Assembly: GCF_001194135.2 (NCBI RefSeq) | Contig: NC_069007.1 | Coordinates: 2,141,591-2,205,590, forward strand | Source of the DNA: Octopus bimaculoides | Taxonomy: Eukaryota | DNA: 64,000 nucleotides | Direction: 5' to 3' | Part shown: positions 63,359 through 64,000 of the stretch, piece after piece | Numbering within the stretch: position 1 is the stretch's first letter | Layout: each line of letters opens with the position of its first letter | Notes under the pieces: model-generated | Database searches by the model: none | What the model was told of the DNA's origin: nothing | The model's input: the letters and a program-made list of their open reading frames with translations, nothing else | Made by a program: the position numbers and the translations under genes

Positions 63359-64000
63359 AGGGAATGAATTCGTTGCTTGAGTGGAAATGCTGAAAGTTTT
63401 TAAAAACTTTAACCGCATTAGGGTGACTACCATTTCTGCCATCAGTTACATGATAAATGGTAGCTAGTTCATCCAGTGTATAGCAAACGGAAGCACAAAT
63501 TTTTATATATATGGAGATGACGTTTTTTTTTTCTTTTGAGAATTTCGCTACTTTTCACTCTATAGTGAATAAAGTACACTTTTTCGAAAGAGCAGCGAAA
63601 CTGAAAGATGCTACGACCGAAAAGTTTATGAAGTGCTTTACGTTGCATTCGGAAGGAATGGTAGACAGTCCGGGGAAAAACTGGGAAGATAGTAAGTTTA
63701 TTTTGTAGCGTGAAATACCACGAATTTTTTATGTAAATTCTATGTACTTTATACAGACAGAACCAACGTGCGTGAAGTCAATTTGCTTTAAATTCATATA
63801 TGGAAGCGCATAAGTGTCTCCATTTTGCTGAGGGTTATCTGGCTGCCTAACATCAGTTAAAACGTGATGTATTGAATTATTGATTTCCTGCGTAATCTTC
63901 TACAAAGTAAATTGAAACAGATTTAGGCGAATACTGTAATGTGAAAATTCTTTGAAAGTTTCTTAACTTTCGACATTTAAACTGGATTTGTGGGATTAAA

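Overview
AT-rich eukaryotic genomic DNA from a draft scaffold, saturated with microsatellites and broken by 16 N-gaps that mostly abut (TA)n runs. The SINE families and microsatellite load point to an octopus (coleoid cephalopod); this is recognition from memory, not a database hit. No intact protein-coding gene, rRNA, tRNA gene or CRISPR array is supported, and nearly all ORFs in the track are translations of simple repeats. The window is intergenic or a very large intron filled with decayed mobile DNA: more than 30 tRNA-derived SINE copies in about 4 families (my labels A-D), four R4/Dong-type LINE 3' fragments, one RTE LINE 3' end, two Penelope-like (PLE) GIY-YIG remnants, two Tc1 and two mariner remnants, and two adjacent MITE-like elements. 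I could not demonstrate a new biological system. The best leads are: (1) a dispersed short repeat (3 copies) carrying a type-I hammerhead-ribozyme-like core, probably PLE-derived, plus two unrelated hammerhead-like motifs; (2) a perfect 53-bp inverted repeat and other fold-back structures that could be ADAR substrates if transcribed; (3) a Tc1 fragment bracketed by a 30-bp direct repeat; (4) a few isolated splice-site-bounded exon candidates. Boundaries of old repeats are approximate (tens of bp).
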